A DNA stretch of 16,367 nucleotides from Candidatus Heimdallarchaeota archaeon (lineage in GTDB: Archaea > Asgardarchaeota > Heimdallarchaeia > Hodarchaeales > Hodarchaeaceae). Numbering within the stretch: position 1 is the stretch's first letter; every line of letters begins with the position of its first letter. Made by a program: the position numbers and the translations under genes. Of the stretch, positions 15,338 to 16,367 are shown piece after piece. The stretch is from positions 1 through 16,367 of the forward strand of contig JBHLSH010000082.1 in assembly GCA_048881705.1 (NCBI GenBank), given 5' to 3'. The notes beneath the pieces were generated by a model. It ran no database searches and was not told the DNA's origin. It was given only the letters and a program-made list of their open reading frames with translations.

Positions 15338-15787
15338 ATGGCCTCTCAATACATTACCTTTGCAATAATATTCGTTTTGGGAATTAGTCTAGTGATAATC
15401 ACTAATGCGATGTTCCTGAGTATGAGTGAGCAATTCCAGGTCAACATTGGGGATATTGAAATGACTCAGACCCTCAAACTGGTTCAAAACCAGATCCTGC
15501 AGAATGTCTTAGGTCTGCCTGCATCTCAACAAACTATCCAGATGCAAATCGATCTTCCTGACTTCTTGGGCCAAGGATTTCGATATACAATCCGGATGTC
15601 AACTACTACGGATGGGCAGCTAAGACTCAGAGGATTTACTCGAAATCTAGAAATAGATAATGCTGTAACCTTCTCCCTTGGCCCTAAATATACCACATCG
15701 GCCAGCGGCGAGTTCTTGAGTACTTCATCAGTCCTCACGATTTACAGTCAAAGAATTTCCAATAATATCACCCTTACCATATCTTAA
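15338..15787 (+). CDS. Pilin-like protein (minor pilin) lacking a basic class III leader
   Basis: ASQYITFAIIFVLGISLVII helix, long alpha helix, DLPDFLGQGFRYTIRM and beta strands. It sits between a pilin and a secretion ATPase. Confidence 0.6.
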   Translation: MASQYITFAIIFVLGISLVIITNAMFLSMSEQFQVNIGDIEMTQTLKLVQNQILQNVLGLPASQQTIQMQIDLPDFLGQGFRYTIRMSTTTDGQLRLRGFTRNLEIDNAVTFSLGPKYTTSASGEFLSTSSVLTIYSQRISNNITLTIS

Positions 15788-16006
15788 TTCCCCGACAAGA
15801 TGCTTCTGTTCAACGTCTAGTAAACCTAATAGCAAGCCTAAAAAAACACAAGTCTCAAAAGTTAATGTAACTAGAATTAAGAACCAGACCATGTCGCTGT
15901 TATAATCCACAAGGATTTATTTCATTGCAGAAAGAAAATAGCATGGTGACATTCCTCTCGCTAGGTGATCCCCAGCAGATTATTTTACAGCTAAAAGTGA
16001 TTTAAA

Positions 16007-16367
16007 ATGGCACAGTCAAGTAGTTTAATTCGGGAGACATATCCCCTGATACCCCCATTTTCCTATGCTTTGGTAGCCACAGATCCAGATACAAAGCAAA
16101 CCAAATATACCGTGGTGGAGGTTCCTTTAAGCTCTAAGGAGTCCGAAATCCTAACTATGATTAAGGATGTACTCGAGGAAGAGTTAGACGTCGATTTCAA
16201 CGTCCTAAAATCACCTGAATTGGCACGGGACTATTTACGGCAAAAAGTTATTGGAATCGCCAAACAATATGGATTAAAGCTAGATGAAAAGACCTTTGAT
16301 AAAATCAACTACCATATATCAAGGGATTTCGTTGGTTTTGGCAAAATAGACGCCATGCTGAAGGATC
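16007..16367 (+). CDS. Type II/IV secretion ATPase (FlaI/ArlI/TadA/PilB-like), N-terminal 120 aa; runs off the right edge
   Basis: Manual translation: MAQSSSLIRETYPLIPPFSYALVATDPDTKQTKYTVVEVPLSSKESEILTMIKDVLEEELDVDFNVLKSPELARDYLRQKVIGIAKQYGLKLDEKTFDKINYHISRDFVGFGKIDAMLKD. It has the YxVVExxL and RDFxGxGxIDxxLxD patterns of archaeal VirB11-like ATPases. Confidence 0.88.
   Translation, partial: MAQSSSLIRETYPLIPPFSYALVATDPDTKQTKYTVVEVPLSSKESEILTMIKDVLEEELDVDFNVLKSPELARDYLRQKVIGIAKQYGLKLDEKTFDKINYHISRDFVGFGKIDAMLKD

Noticed and set aside
15728-15910. 60-aa hydrophobic minus-strand ORF between the pilin and the ATPase
   Set aside because: It overlaps the pilin 3' end in antisense and interrupts a co-oriented cluster, with no SD or motif support.
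1-16367. CRISPR arrays, tRNA/rRNA, IS elements, and Sec/Pyl read-through
   Set aside because: No regularly spaced repeats, cloverleafs, transposase motifs or terminal inverted repeats were seen. No gene is interrupted by an in-frame TGA/TAG with a continuing domain.

Overview
Archaeal chromosomal window with no rRNA, tRNA, CRISPR array or mobile element visible. The domain call rests on a RadA-type recombinase, GGTGA Shine-Dalgarno sites, BRE/TATA-like promoters, a PGF-CTERM sorting signal and class III signal-peptide pilins. An Asgard (Heimdallarchaeia-like) origin is my inference only. Left to right: (1) a truncated BMP-family solute-binding protein (-), missing from the ORF track; (2) a divergent AfuA/FbpA-like ABC binding protein with a PGF-CTERM anchor, an enlarged fused permease and a small membrane protein, with no ABC ATPase; (3) a ~1064-aa FAD/4Fe-4S/2xCCG oxidoreductase with a Met/Pro-rich tail, then an Lrp/AsnC regulator with a C-terminal Cys motif; (4) an AdkA-like kinase fused to an NDT/DNPH1-like N-glycosidase domain (-), divergent from a HAD phosphatase and an MTA/SAH-deaminase-like amidohydrolase; (5) rubredoxin and radA (-); (6) divergent from radA, two pilin-like genes and the truncated start of a type IV pilus/archaellum ATPase, also missing from the ORF track. 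The best candidates for undescribed biology are the kinase-glycosidase fusion with its phosphatase/deaminase neighbours, the back-to-back radA/pilus arrangement with repeated motifs in the spacer, and the Met/Pro-tailed flavo-Fe-S enzyme. All family assignments come from manual motif recognition; no searches were run.
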